A DNA stretch of 64,000 nt from Rubripirellula sp. (GTDB lineage Bacteria; Planctomycetota; Planctomycetia; Pirellulales; Pirellulaceae). The DNA lies in assembly GCA_965216875.1 (NCBI GenBank), contig OZ244207.1:7936001-8000000 (forward strand), given 5' to 3'. This document shows positions 48,726-58,100 of the stretch, one piece after another. A program made the translations under genes and the position numbers. The notes beneath the pieces were generated by a model. That model was not told where the DNA came from and made no database searches. It saw only the letters and a program-made list of their open reading frames with translations. How positions within the stretch are numbered: position 1 is the stretch's first letter; every line of letters begins with the position of its first letter.

Positions 48726-51700
48726 ACGGTTGCGTTTTTTCCAGTTGGCTCAACGCCCACTGGGCTTCTTGACGCGCGTTTTGGTCTAGCAGCGATTGGT
48801 TCAACTCGTCGGAGGTCTCGGCGGCGATGATTCGCAAGGCATCGATCGTGTCTTTCTCGCCGAGCATGCCAAGTGCGATCGTTGCTGACTGCTGGACTTC
48901 AGGGGACGAGTGTTGTTGTCGCTTTCGCAACACTTTGATGTAGTCGCGATTGGCTGAGAAACCTGCTAGCCGGCAAGCGATTGACAGCGATTCGGGAAGA
49001 TCGTTCAAAACCTCTTGGTCGAGAATCTCGGCGAGTGATTGGCGATGCTTGGCCAGCTGATCGATGACTCGTCGATCATCACGGCCGCGTTGCAGTTTTT
49101 CATAACGCCGCTGGACCCACCGATGTTGTTCGAGGTAGAGCTGACGCAAGCCGTGCAGTCGTACCTTTGCATTGCGGTTTTTGAGCAACGCTTCGACGGG
49201 AAAAAGCGGTCCGTGACTGTAATAGGTGCCCCATGTGCTCCCCATTGGGCCGCCTGTCACCACGCTTTGTGCTGCGACGAGCGCGTGATGGGCTCGACTT
49301 ACGAGCGGCGTTTGGACGACAGCGTGTTGCGGTTGCGAGATCACGGGCGTGGCATGCGTTCGAAAGGAATCGGAAACAAACCCACCAGCAAAGACAACGC
49401 CGTTACGATCGGCCAACAACGACGTGACACGCGTGCTTTGATCGGTGTACCAATTTGTGCTGGCAATCGTGGAAGCAACACTCAAACGATCTGGCGGCGT
49501 TTTTTCGAATCGAAGTTGCTGCAGGCGAGTTTTCTGCTCGGCATTTCGTCCCGTCGCCAGCGGCTTGTCAAAGAGCATTGGAACGCCGGAGACCGTCCTG
49601 CCCACGGGGGAGTCGATCGTTTTTTGGCTGACAAGTGGCGTGGCGGTCGTTCGGTTAACGTCGGTGAGGGTCCAATAGCGTGCGCTGCCTAGTTGCGGGT
49701 AGCTGGTCATGTTCGCGCGAATCAAGTTTTGGTTGCCAGCGAGTCGCTGGACGGAAAGTCCTGTCATCGTTTCCCAAGATGGATGAAGCCAAGGCTGTGG
49801 ACTCAAAGCAATCGTTGCAGAGAAACCGTCGTTCGGATCACATGGCTGGCGTTGGTTCAGCTTGGTCCAGTCAAACCAAGGCGTGTTGCCGTTTCCGGCT
49901 TCTGCTTCACTTCGAACGATGCTTGTTGGTGGCTCGCCGTCGATCGTGATCGCCTCGGTGTGCATTCCAGCAACGCCCTCGGGTGCGATTCGGCGATCGA
50001 ACAGCCAGTGTCTTCCGTTCAAAAGCTGAAAACGCAGGTCCATGTTCATCGTTTTCGTTTTGCACAACACGCGTAGCGGAACGGCTTGCCCGCTGTCAGT
50101 CTTGATGTAATCGTGGAATTGAAACTCAAAGCTCGATGAACGCTCCACGAGTGGATATCCGGTCTCGGCGTCGATGACGACCAGGACACTGTTGCGGCGC
50201 GTGCTGGTGTACCCACCAACATAGGTTCCCTTAAGTCCCGATCCGAAGATTTGAGAAAAACCACCGCTGGTCAAGCCAAACACCTTCACAGGGCGGCCAT
50301 CGTGTTGTCCCTCAAAGCAGACGGGAACCTTCCATTGTTTGGAGTCAAAGGCGAGTGCATCCAGTGCTGTCGTGAGTGTCACACCACGCCGAATTTGTCC
50401 GTAGCCCGAGTCCGTATCCGCTTCTTCGGTTCGGTCAGAGAAGCGAAACGTGTATTGGATTCGCGCCTCGTCATCGCGTTCGGCTCGCAACCAGAACTGG
50501 TGATTGTCGAGGATGGCGACAAGTTCATCCGCTGGGCGATTGGCGACCGCGACTGCGGTGGACGGGATCGTGACGCAATACATCGGTTGCTTTTGAGCGT
50601 CGTAAAGGGACAGCAGAAAGCTTTGATCCCGTGAAGGCGTCATCGAACGTGTGTGAATCTCAGCGCTAAGTGTCGACGTCGGCCACTGGCCAGCCAGGTT
50701 TCTTGACGAGTCCGCCGGCATGAAGGTGAGCGAACGCGCGGACCTTGGCGAGCCGGTTTTGGTTGCCGGTTCGAGTTCATGTTCGTGGCCGAGTTCAACG
50801 GGGGTCAAGCCTTGAATGACGACCGGTGTGCTCGCGTCTTCGACCTGGGTCAAGTCGGTATGTTTTTGACGAGCCTCCTGCAAACGCCCGGTCAGGTCAA
50901 TTGCGCCATCGTTAAGCTTGATATCCGCAATCGTTTCCTTCTGTGGCGTCTTTCCCGCAAACGTCGACGTTCCTTCCTCAAGAATCCACAAGACATCTTG
51001 GGCAATTTTGAAACGGTGCTCGGTGCGAAACTGATGTTTGGGTACATCGATTTCGATGTGTCGTGGCGCGTGCTGGGAACCTCGTGAGGCGAAATCGGAA
51101 AAGGTGATCGTCGCAAGCTTCTCATCTCCCGCGAAGACTTCCTCGCTGAGAATGCGATTGGCGTTGTCGATGGTCAACATGGATCGTGTGATGCGAATGT
51201 CGTGAAGGTACGACCAGGAAGTGGTTTCGAACATCGCGCCCACGTTCAAGACTGATCTTCGACCCGGTTTGGACCTCAGTTCAACCAATCGTTTGTCGTC
51301 TCGAATTTGAAAGTCGCTGACGACGAAGTCGTTTGGGCGACGGCCCCAATCGAGAGAGGGGAAATTGAGTCGTGTTCCCGAGATCCGCCGTAGCGTCTTA
51401 CGGCGCATCAGTTCCGTTGCCGGCAGATTCAAACGCGTTGCCGATTTGTCGTTTTTGACCACTTCGCTGGGCGTTCGATAACGGGGGAAGGCGTCGCGGT
51501 TGGCATAGGTGTAGGTGGCGCCATCGGGTGCACCAATCTCCATCCAGCCTTGGCCGTAGCGTTGTGGTTCGTCGCCGCGATGAACGACCTCGACGCTTGT
51601 CGTGCCATCGCTCTGCCATTGAAAGGCTTCGTCAAGCACTTCAGGTGACATCTTGTGCGTGAACGTGATCGAACTCAGTTTGCTCAAATCGGGGTTTTGC

Positions 51701-53907
51701 CATAGTCGATTCGACTCGAGGATTTGCTGTGCATCGAACGCTTCGGCGCGGCGTTGGCCTTGCTGCTCTTTCGCGAGAAGTTGGGCGAGTTCATCGGGTG
51801 TGGTCGGGAATGAATCACGTTTGCTGCCGCCTTGGACGATCGACTTTGTCTCTCCTGTCGCTTCGTCGATCATCGACTTGCTGTCCGCGGACCAACGAGG
51901 TTGAGTTGCTTGATCAAAGGCTTTTTGAAGGGAGTCGCCGTTGCGTTTGGCCAACCAAATCTCACGCCGGGTGTCGGAGTTGCCGTCATGGCGCAGCGAA
52001 ATGGATTGTGTCCACGCGACCCAGTTTGAATCGGGTGACCAAAGGGGACGTATGCTCCCACTGAGAAACCAGAATTTGCCGTCGCGGTCACTTTGGTTTC
52101 GCGCTGGGGGCGAGATGGTTTGCATGGTGCGTGTTTGCGTGTCCCAAATTCCGATCCGTCCGTCGCACGGGATTCCAGCGGACCACGACCCGCCTCGGAT
52201 GATCTCGGTTGACACGGCGATGTAACGTCCGTTGGGCGACCACGCCGCGCCAACGCCAAACGCGCCTGTCTCGTCAACGTTCCCCGTTTCAACGTCAACA
52301 ACGACCAGCGGGTAGTTGGCGACATAACTGGCTGCGTTGCCAATCGCGAGTCGCTTCGAGTCAGGTGACCAGGCTGGCGTTGTCTTCAGAGCCTTGCTCA
52401 GCAGACGCCGCGTTTGGTTGGTCGCCCAGTCATGGACAAAAAGGCCGTACTGTCGCGTGCCATCGTCGAGTGTCAGGGAGCCGACGTAGGCGGTCTGCTT
52501 CTTGTTGGGTGCGGCGACCTCGTAAGTTGGATCGCATTGCGGAGGCAATTGACCCGCCGCCACCTTCTCGTCGGTGCGGGGCTGTTGGGGCTGAGCAACC
52601 GGTGTTGCGTCGGCTTCCGAGCCAAGCGGTTTGCCAACGAGTAGCAACGGGCAGATCGCCACAGCAAGCAAGAGCGAAAGGGTGAAGGAGGCGCGTGGAT
52701 TGCCTGGCGAAGCGTTTCCGGTTTGGATCGACGAGATGCGTTCACGCAGTGATCGAAGCGGACCGAGGCTCCCCGTTGTAAGTTGTCGAGGCACGGTGTT
52801 TCCGGCAACGAAATCGATGGTGTCGACAATTGTCGCCGCGTACTGCGATGCACGCTCAGGCCACTGTCGCAAGACGGAAGCATCGCATGCCATTTCCTCG
52901 GCGTCTCGCAATCGTTTTCGCGCAAACCAAAAGATCGGGCACCACCACCAAAGCATCGTTGCCAGTAGTTCGATCCAGCGGACCCAATGGTCGCGGCGAC
53001 CGACATGTGCAAGTTCATGGGCAAGTAGCAGTTCGCGTGTTTCCCGTTCGCGCATCGCGGGAAGGTCGCGGGGCAAAACGAGCGTGCAACGACCGACACG
53101 ACTCCAAATCATCGGTGGGATGGGAGCTGCGAGAACGAGTACGTCTGGCGTTCGACTGGACGACAATCCCATTTGAGTTGCTAACCGTTGAACATCACAC
53201 AGGAGGTTCGCTTCGGCAGGTTCAGCGAGGGATAGTAAACGGCGAAAGTGTTTCAGATTGCGAAGTGTGATCAGCAAGACGAGCAGCGTTCCAAAGACCC
53301 AAAGAGGTACCGCGATGCCCAGCAACGACCATCCGCCGGTCGGTTCGGCTTTCGCCGTTACGGGCGTCGCCGCGACAGGCATCGTTGTCGCGGGTATCTG
53401 GGGGGCGTCTTCGGAATCGACGGTCGGTGGAGGTGCGGTGGCATTCGATGTTGCGTCGGCCGCGACAGGCATGTTTGTGTTGGCTGAGGATTCAACATCG
53501 AATGCCGACGCATCGATCTCGGTCGCCGATTCTTTGATGGGCTGATGCAGTTGTGATTCGGGACCAGCAACGGTCGGTTCCAGGTACCGCTGTGCCTCAT
53601 CCAATGTGTTTGTTTTCAAGAACTCAGGACTTGGTTGCGGACGTTTTTGAGCATCCGACGGTATTTCAATCCGTGAATTTCTGGCCAACCCTTGGTCTGT
53701 CGCAGGCAGCTGTGGCAGCCCGGTGATCGCGATTGGCAAAACAGGCGGGACGATCAGCCGTAAGAGCACGACGACCCAGAAAGCGTGTTCGATTGCAGGG
53801 TGTCGCCGCCGAGTCAGCAAGCCAACGAGCAACGCGACAAGCATCAACAGGGTTGCGATCGTCAGGACATTGACAACGACATGCGCGGCAAATGCAGGCG
53901 ACATCAT
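48706..53907 (-). CDS. BlaR1/MecR1-type M56 metallopeptidase with large extracytoplasmic region (PD40 propeller, two beta-sheet repeats, HEAT-like end)
   Basis: N-terminal TMs, [20 protein letters not shown] and EMACD. Repeats AWSPDSK, AWSPNGR, LWSPDSN and RWSADSK. Confidence 0.9.
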   Translation of the reverse strand: MMSPAFAAHVVVNVLTIATLLMLVALLVGLLTRRRHPAIEHAFWVVVLLRLIVPPVLPIAITGLPQLPATDQGLARNSRIEIPSDAQKRPQPSPEFLKTNTLDEAQRYLEPTVAGPESQLHQPIKESATEIDASAFDVESSANTNMPVAADATSNATAPPPTVDSEDAPQIPATTMPVAATPVTAKAEPTGGWSLLGIAVPLWVFGTLLVLLITLRNLKHFRRLLSLAEPAEANLLCDVQRLATQMGLSSSRTPDVLVLAAPIPPMIWSRVGRCTLVLPRDLPAMRERETRELLLAHELAHVGRRDHWVRWIELLATMLWWWCPIFWFARKRLRDAEEMACDASVLRQWPERASQYAATIVDTIDFVAGNTVPRQLTTGSLGPLRSLRERISSIQTGNASPGNPRASFTLSLLLAVAICPLLLVGKPLGSEADATPVAQPQQPRTDEKVAAGQLPPQCDPTYEVAAPNKKQTAYVGSLTLDDGTRQYGLFVHDWATNQTRRLLSKALKTTPAWSPDSKRLAIGNAASYVANYPLVVVDVETGNVDETGAFGVGAAWSPNGRYIAVSTEIIRGGSWSAGIPCDGRIGIWDTQTRTMQTISPPARNQSDRDGKFWFLSGSIRPLWSPDSNWVAWTQSISLRHDGNSDTRREIWLAKRNGDSLQKAFDQATQPRWSADSKSMIDEATGETKSIVQGGSKRDSFPTTPDELAQLLAKEQQGQRRAEAFDAQQILESNRLWQNPDLSKLSSITFTHKMSPEVLDEAFQWQSDGTTSVEVVHRGDEPQRYGQGWMEIGAPDGATYTYANRDAFPRYRTPSEVVKNDKSATRLNLPATELMRRKTLRRISGTRLNFPSLDWGRRPNDFVVSDFQIRDDKRLVELRSKPGRRSVLNVGAMFETTSWSYLHDIRITRSMLTIDNANRILSEEVFAGDEKLATITFSDFASRGSQHAPRHIEIDVPKHQFRTEHRFKIAQDVLWILEEGTSTFAGKTPQKETIADIKLNDGAIDLTGRLQEARQKHTDLTQVEDASTPVVIQGLTPVELGHEHELEPATKTGSPRSARSLTFMPADSSRNLAGQWPTSTLSAEIHTRSMTPSRDQSFLLSLYDAQKQPMYCVTIPSTAVAVANRPADELVAILDNHQFWLRAERDDEARIQYTFRFSDRTEEADTDSGYGQIRRGVTLTTALDALAFDSKQWKVPVCFEGQHDGRPVKVFGLTSGGFSQIFGSGLKGTYVGGYTSTRRNSVLVVIDAETGYPLVERSSSFEFQFHDYIKTDSGQAVPLRVLCKTKTMNMDLRFQLLNGRHWLFDRRIAPEGVAGMHTEAITIDGEPPTSIVRSEAEAGNGNTPWFDWTKLNQRQPCDPNDGFSATIALSPQPWLHPSWETMTGLSVQRLAGNQNLIRANMTSYPQLGSARYWTLTDVNRTTATPLVSQKTIDSPVGRTVSGVPMLFDKPLATGRNAEQKTRLQQLRFEKTPPDRLSVASTIASTNWYTDQSTRVTSLLADRNGVVFAGGFVSDSFRTHATPVISQPQHAVVQTPLVSRAHHALVAAQSVVTGGPMGSTWGTYYSHGPLFPVEALLKNRNAKVRLHGLRQLYLEQHRWVQRRYEKLQRGRDDRRVIDQLAKHRQSLAEILDQEVLNDLPESLSIACRLAGFSANRDYIKVLRKRQQHSSPEVQQSATIALGMLGEKDTIDALRIIAAETSDELNQSLLDQNARQEAQWALSQLEKTQPSKSESR

Positions 53908-53953
53908 GCGTTCTCTCCTGTAAGTCAGGATCAGGGTTTTCGATCAAACGTTG

Positions 53954-54346
53954 CTATTTCGATTCTTTGTTTTCTTTGAGCATTCGACGAAGCGCTTTTT
54001 GTTCTTCGTCGGTAAGCTTGCGCATGCCAATCAAGCCGGTTAGCATGGGCAACAAGGCACCGTCGCACAGTGAGTGCGAAAGGTCTCGCAAGCGGTGTTC
54101 GATCAGCGATTGGCGGTCGATCGCCGCGCTGAACCGGTGAGTACGCTCGCTGCGATCTCGAAGAACGCAGCCGCGTTTCTCCAAACGTTCAAGCAGCTTT
54201 TGCACCGTGTAGTAATGCGATGCTTCACCCCCAGGGTAAAGCTCGTCACAAACTTCACGCGTCGTCGCTTGCTCGTTTTCCCAAAGCACCTGCAACACGG
54301 AGAGTTCCGTGTCGGTGACGTGGAATGTCTTCTCTTTGCCGGACAT
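53954..54346 (-). CDS. BlaI/MecI/CopY-family repressor
   Basis: TELSVLQVLW, ATTREV and YTVQKLLERLEKRG.V.R; GGAGA RBS before ATG 54346; directly upstream of the M56 gene. Confidence 0.93.
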   Translation of the reverse strand: MSGKEKTFHVTDTELSVLQVLWENEQATTREVCDELYPGGEASHYYTVQKLLERLEKRGCVLRDRSERTHRFSAAIDRQSLIEHRLRDLSHSLCDGALLPMLTGLIGMRKLTDEEQKALRRMLKENKESK

Positions 54347-54363
54347 GGTCTCTCCGATCTCGT

Positions 54364-54428
54364 TCAAAGACGGGTTGTCTTTGAGTCAATTAGAGACACT
54401 GTCCACTTCAAAGTCAAGTTGTCTTTTT
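54364..54428 (-). promoter_or_regulatory. Sigma70-type promoter of the blaI-M56 operon with two operator-like palindromes
   Basis: Minus strand TTGACT (54417-54412), 17 bp, TCTAAT (54394-54389). Palindrome TCAAAGAC-N5-GTCTTTGA at 54364-54384 and a 16/19-identical copy from 54408 covering the -35. Confidence 0.75.
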
Positions 54429-54547
54429 GCGAGAAGGGCGACGCTCACGTGGAGCTGGCTGAGCATCGTGGTGATTGGCTTGAGCCCGTATCGCCCGCTG
54501 ACAAATCGCACTACGATGGATTGACTTCGCTTGGGAGAGGGGCGGGA

Positions 54548-55135
54548 ATGCGATTCGGAATACAAAGCGGTTTTCTGCTCACAACAGCATGTGCACTGCT
54601 TTTCGTTTTCATCAAAACACCGTGGCTCGCTGTCTTGACGATGGTGTTTCTTTTGCCAGCAGGCGTGGTTGCGATTGGATTGACCGCGCCTCAGAAGGGC
54701 ACAAAGCTTGACGTTGCCACCTATCGTCCGTTCGTGCAGATGTTTCGGTTGTGGGTCATGCTGGTCGTTGGGCTCGCCCTTTGTGCAACCTTTCTTTTGC
54801 TCTTTCCCGATGCGCATCGGCGGATCAAACGTTGGCGGGTGGGCGATTTGAGGTCGCACCAAATCGGGGCGTACGTGACGTTGCCGGTTGGCCAGAAGCT
54901 GCCGAGCGAGCATTCGCTGATGCAGATTAGGGATCGAAAAGGCTTGGTTGGTGAAACGCGGTACTGGCGCCGTGACTATTCAGCCAACGCCGGCACTTAC
55001 CTGATGGTCATCAGTACCGATCGGCGCGAGTACACGTCAGGCACGTGGTATGACGTCCGCGCCGACGTGCAAGACGGCACCACTTTGTTATTCAGAGAGC
55101 TCGAGTCGTCAAACGAGCAGCGGCCGATTCGTTGA
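54548..55135 (+). CDS. Hypothetical membrane protein
   Basis: GGAGAGG before ATG 54548; about three TM helices followed by a soluble tail. The longer ORF-track call overlaps blaI. Confidence 0.6.
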   Translation: MRFGIQSGFLLTTACALLFVFIKTPWLAVLTMVFLLPAGVVAIGLTAPQKGTKLDVATYRPFVQMFRLWVMLVVGLALCATFLLLFPDAHRRIKRWRVGDLRSHQIGAYVTLPVGQKLPSEHSLMQIRDRKGLVGETRYWRRDYSANAGTYLMVISTDRREYTSGTWYDVRADVQDGTTLLFRELESSNEQRPIR

Positions 55136-55160
55136 GTCCTGATATGGCCGCCACCGCTTT

Positions 55161-58100
55161 CTAGGGCATTGCAATCTCAACCGCCAAAGGTTCGACCCAA
55201 ACCTTTTGTTCGGCGGTGTAGTACAGATAGGTGCGTGAAGCGGGGCCGGTGTACTTGCCTGGAATCTCGGCCGTCACCGTGAACTCGATCTCTTTCGATT
55301 CACGCGGCGCGATCGTTCTCCAGTAGAAGACCACTTCACGCCCGCGCAGTTCGTAGTAGTCAAACTCACCAGCTTCCTTCAACTCATCAAGTTCATCCTG
55401 GCGAGGTTCCAAGCCGCCGGGCAGCCCAACGATGGCGACCGTCATGGGTTGGCCCTGGTCGGTTTTGTTTTCCAACACGGTTGACACGGTCATGGTGTCG
55501 CCGGCTGCGACATTGGCATCGGCATTCAGGTTCGTCGTTAACTCGAAGGGACATCCGTCGTCACTTCGTGGGGTGATCGCGTGGTAAGACAGGTCGATAC
55601 TGTAGGAAAGATTGCGTGCGTTTTTGGCGACCAATTCGATCGTGGCACCAGGTTCGGCGTCTTGCAGGTGTTGGCCGAGACCGACAATCTCGACGGTCGA
55701 GCCACTCTCAGGACGCGTTGGCAATTCGGCTTGCCCAATCACTTCGCCGTGCAGGAGCACTTGCAGCTTTCCGCCACCACCGGAATTGCCTGAGTGTTCC
55801 GCGATGGCAACGAGTGCCTTGAGCGCGAGTACTGTTGCTTGGGTGGAGCCAAAGCCTGCGTTGCCACGACGATTGGTCGTGATCCACTTGGCAGCAGCGC
55901 GAGCGTTGTCGATGTATTTTGGGCTCTTGATGAAAGCCAAAGTCGCCAGTGCGGTCGTTTCGACTTTGAGGGAGACGCCGCCGCTCGAGGTGACCGTTGT
56001 CTTGCCTTGCAGCAGCCCGTCTTCCCCTTGGGCTTGGGCAAGTTTCTGGAGCAACGCTTCGCCTTCGGTGGTTCGTTTGACGTTCATCAACGTTGCCGCA
56101 GAGAGTGCGATCAAGTAGGGATCGTCCGACTTGTTTGCCACCGAATGCATGTGATCGATTTCAGTAGCCAATTCGCTTGCGGCTCGTTGCGAATGTCCGG
56201 TGGCCACATCGGCCTCGCTGATTGCCCACAAAACGTAGGCGTTGACGATTTCCTGTTTGACCGACCAAACATGCAGGTGGCGTGGGTTGCGATGGAATCC
56301 GCCCTTGCCGTCGCGGCGACCCATCAACCACTTTCGCGTGCGAACCATCATGACATCGTTGACTTCCATGATGGCGGCCATGTCAGTGAACTGCATCAAT
56401 CCGAACGCCGACAGTGCCTCATGCCCCGGATCCTTTCCGAACCACTCGTAGCCACGTTTCTCACATTCGAAGCTGGTCAGTTTCGTGTAGCCTCGATCGA
56501 GCATGCCGCGAGCACGTCGTGAGACGTCGGGATTGGCGATGTCGTTCTTCTGCATGTACTGCAGAGCCATCGTGTTAGGGTAATTCGTCGCCGAAGTTTG
56601 CTCGAAGCATCCATGCGGCTCACGAAGGATGCTTTCGACGCCCGACATCACATCAGCGAGGGGCGACGGATAGGCTCGCAGGGTAACGGCAAGCGAACCA
56701 TCGACGATGTCATTGGGGACCGGCAACTGGACCGTTGCCCTGCGAGTGAGCACACCAGCAAGTGATTCGGATGCGGGATAGCCAGCGGGCGAGATATGAA
56801 CCTTGCGACGCACGGTGTCACGCAGGCTTGTTCCGGCGACGCCACCGATTTCGATTTCGGCGTCGATTTCAGCGCTGCCTTCGACAACGTCGATCGCGAC
56901 GTGATGTCGAGTGCGCTGGTTCCCGCCAAGGCTGAGCATCTGCGTGTCTTGATCGGCTACCTTTAATTCGTCACTCGCTTTGACTGCGAGTTCGATTCCA
57001 ACGTCGCTATCGGTTGCATTGATAACGGCAACGGGTAAATCGATACGGTCCCCAGTGGTAACTTCCAGTGGCAGCTTCGGTTCGATCTGGAAGGGTAGAC
57101 GCGATGTGACCATGCCACCGCCGGAACCGAGGCGTCCGTCAAGGGAGTGCCCGTCGACATGCACGCGAAACGTGGTGACAGAATCGGAAAGGTCGAACCG
57201 GATACTCGCTTCACCTTGTGAATCGGTCTTGACCAGCGGCTGCCAATAAAGCGTTTCCGCAAAGTCTTCGCGTACTTCATCCGACCGCTTTGGGTGTTGA
57301 TGGGCGTACTGGCGAACGGGGAATTGCAATTCACTCATCAATTGATCGGCAAGCGTCTTGGCGTCGATGCCCCGAGCATTCAAGAGTTGTTCAAGTTGCT
57401 CAGGCGAAATCAATCGACTGACGTCCGCACGGTCGCCCTTTGAGATCGCGTGGTACTTTGCGTAGCGGGCGTTGTCGGAATCGTCGTTTTCGCCGGTGGA
57501 TCGGTTTGCCAAATTGGATCGATTCGCGAAGCCGGGACCCGTTTGCGCGACGACGGCCGAATCGGCGGGGGCTTCCTCAGGTGCCTCGATGACAGGATCG
57601 TCGGTTGCAGCATCGGCGACGGCTCCCGCGGCGGGCGCGTCGGCCATTGGGGCCGGCGGCGGGGTCGCGGAAGGTTCCGTGCGTCGGTTGCGAGACTCCA
57701 CTTTTGCAGAGAACTCTTCAGTTTCCATGGCCGCATCGGCGCGTTCGTCGACTTGCTGGCTGGCTGGCATGATGACGGAGTTTTCCGATGCGCTGCACCC
57801 GACCAGTAGCCACGAAACGGACGTGACCAGAAGTAAGGCGGCAACGCTTGAATGGGCGGCAGACCGCAATCGAACGACGACCGCGCCAAGCCAAATCAAC
57901 AGCACGGCGAGCATCAAAAAGCGTGCTTGAACCAGCAGGTGCTCCCACGCTCCCGCGAGGGCGACGCGGTACTGATGGAACTGTTGATCAAAGGTCCCAC
58001 GATTGTCGAACGACGGTGGCACCGCTGCGATTTCCTCGCCATCCAGTTCCAGCAGTCGAATCAATTGTTGGCGGAAATCGACATCGGCTTCGCTCGCCGT

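Noticed and set aside
48706..54346. Beta-lactam resistance locus
   Set aside because: No beta-lactamase or PBP2a gene nearby, and the sensor lacks a penicillin-binding domain.
54074..54547. N-terminal extension of the 353-aa plus-strand ORF
   Set aside because: It overlaps blaI and its promoter; RBS and composition favour ATG 54548.
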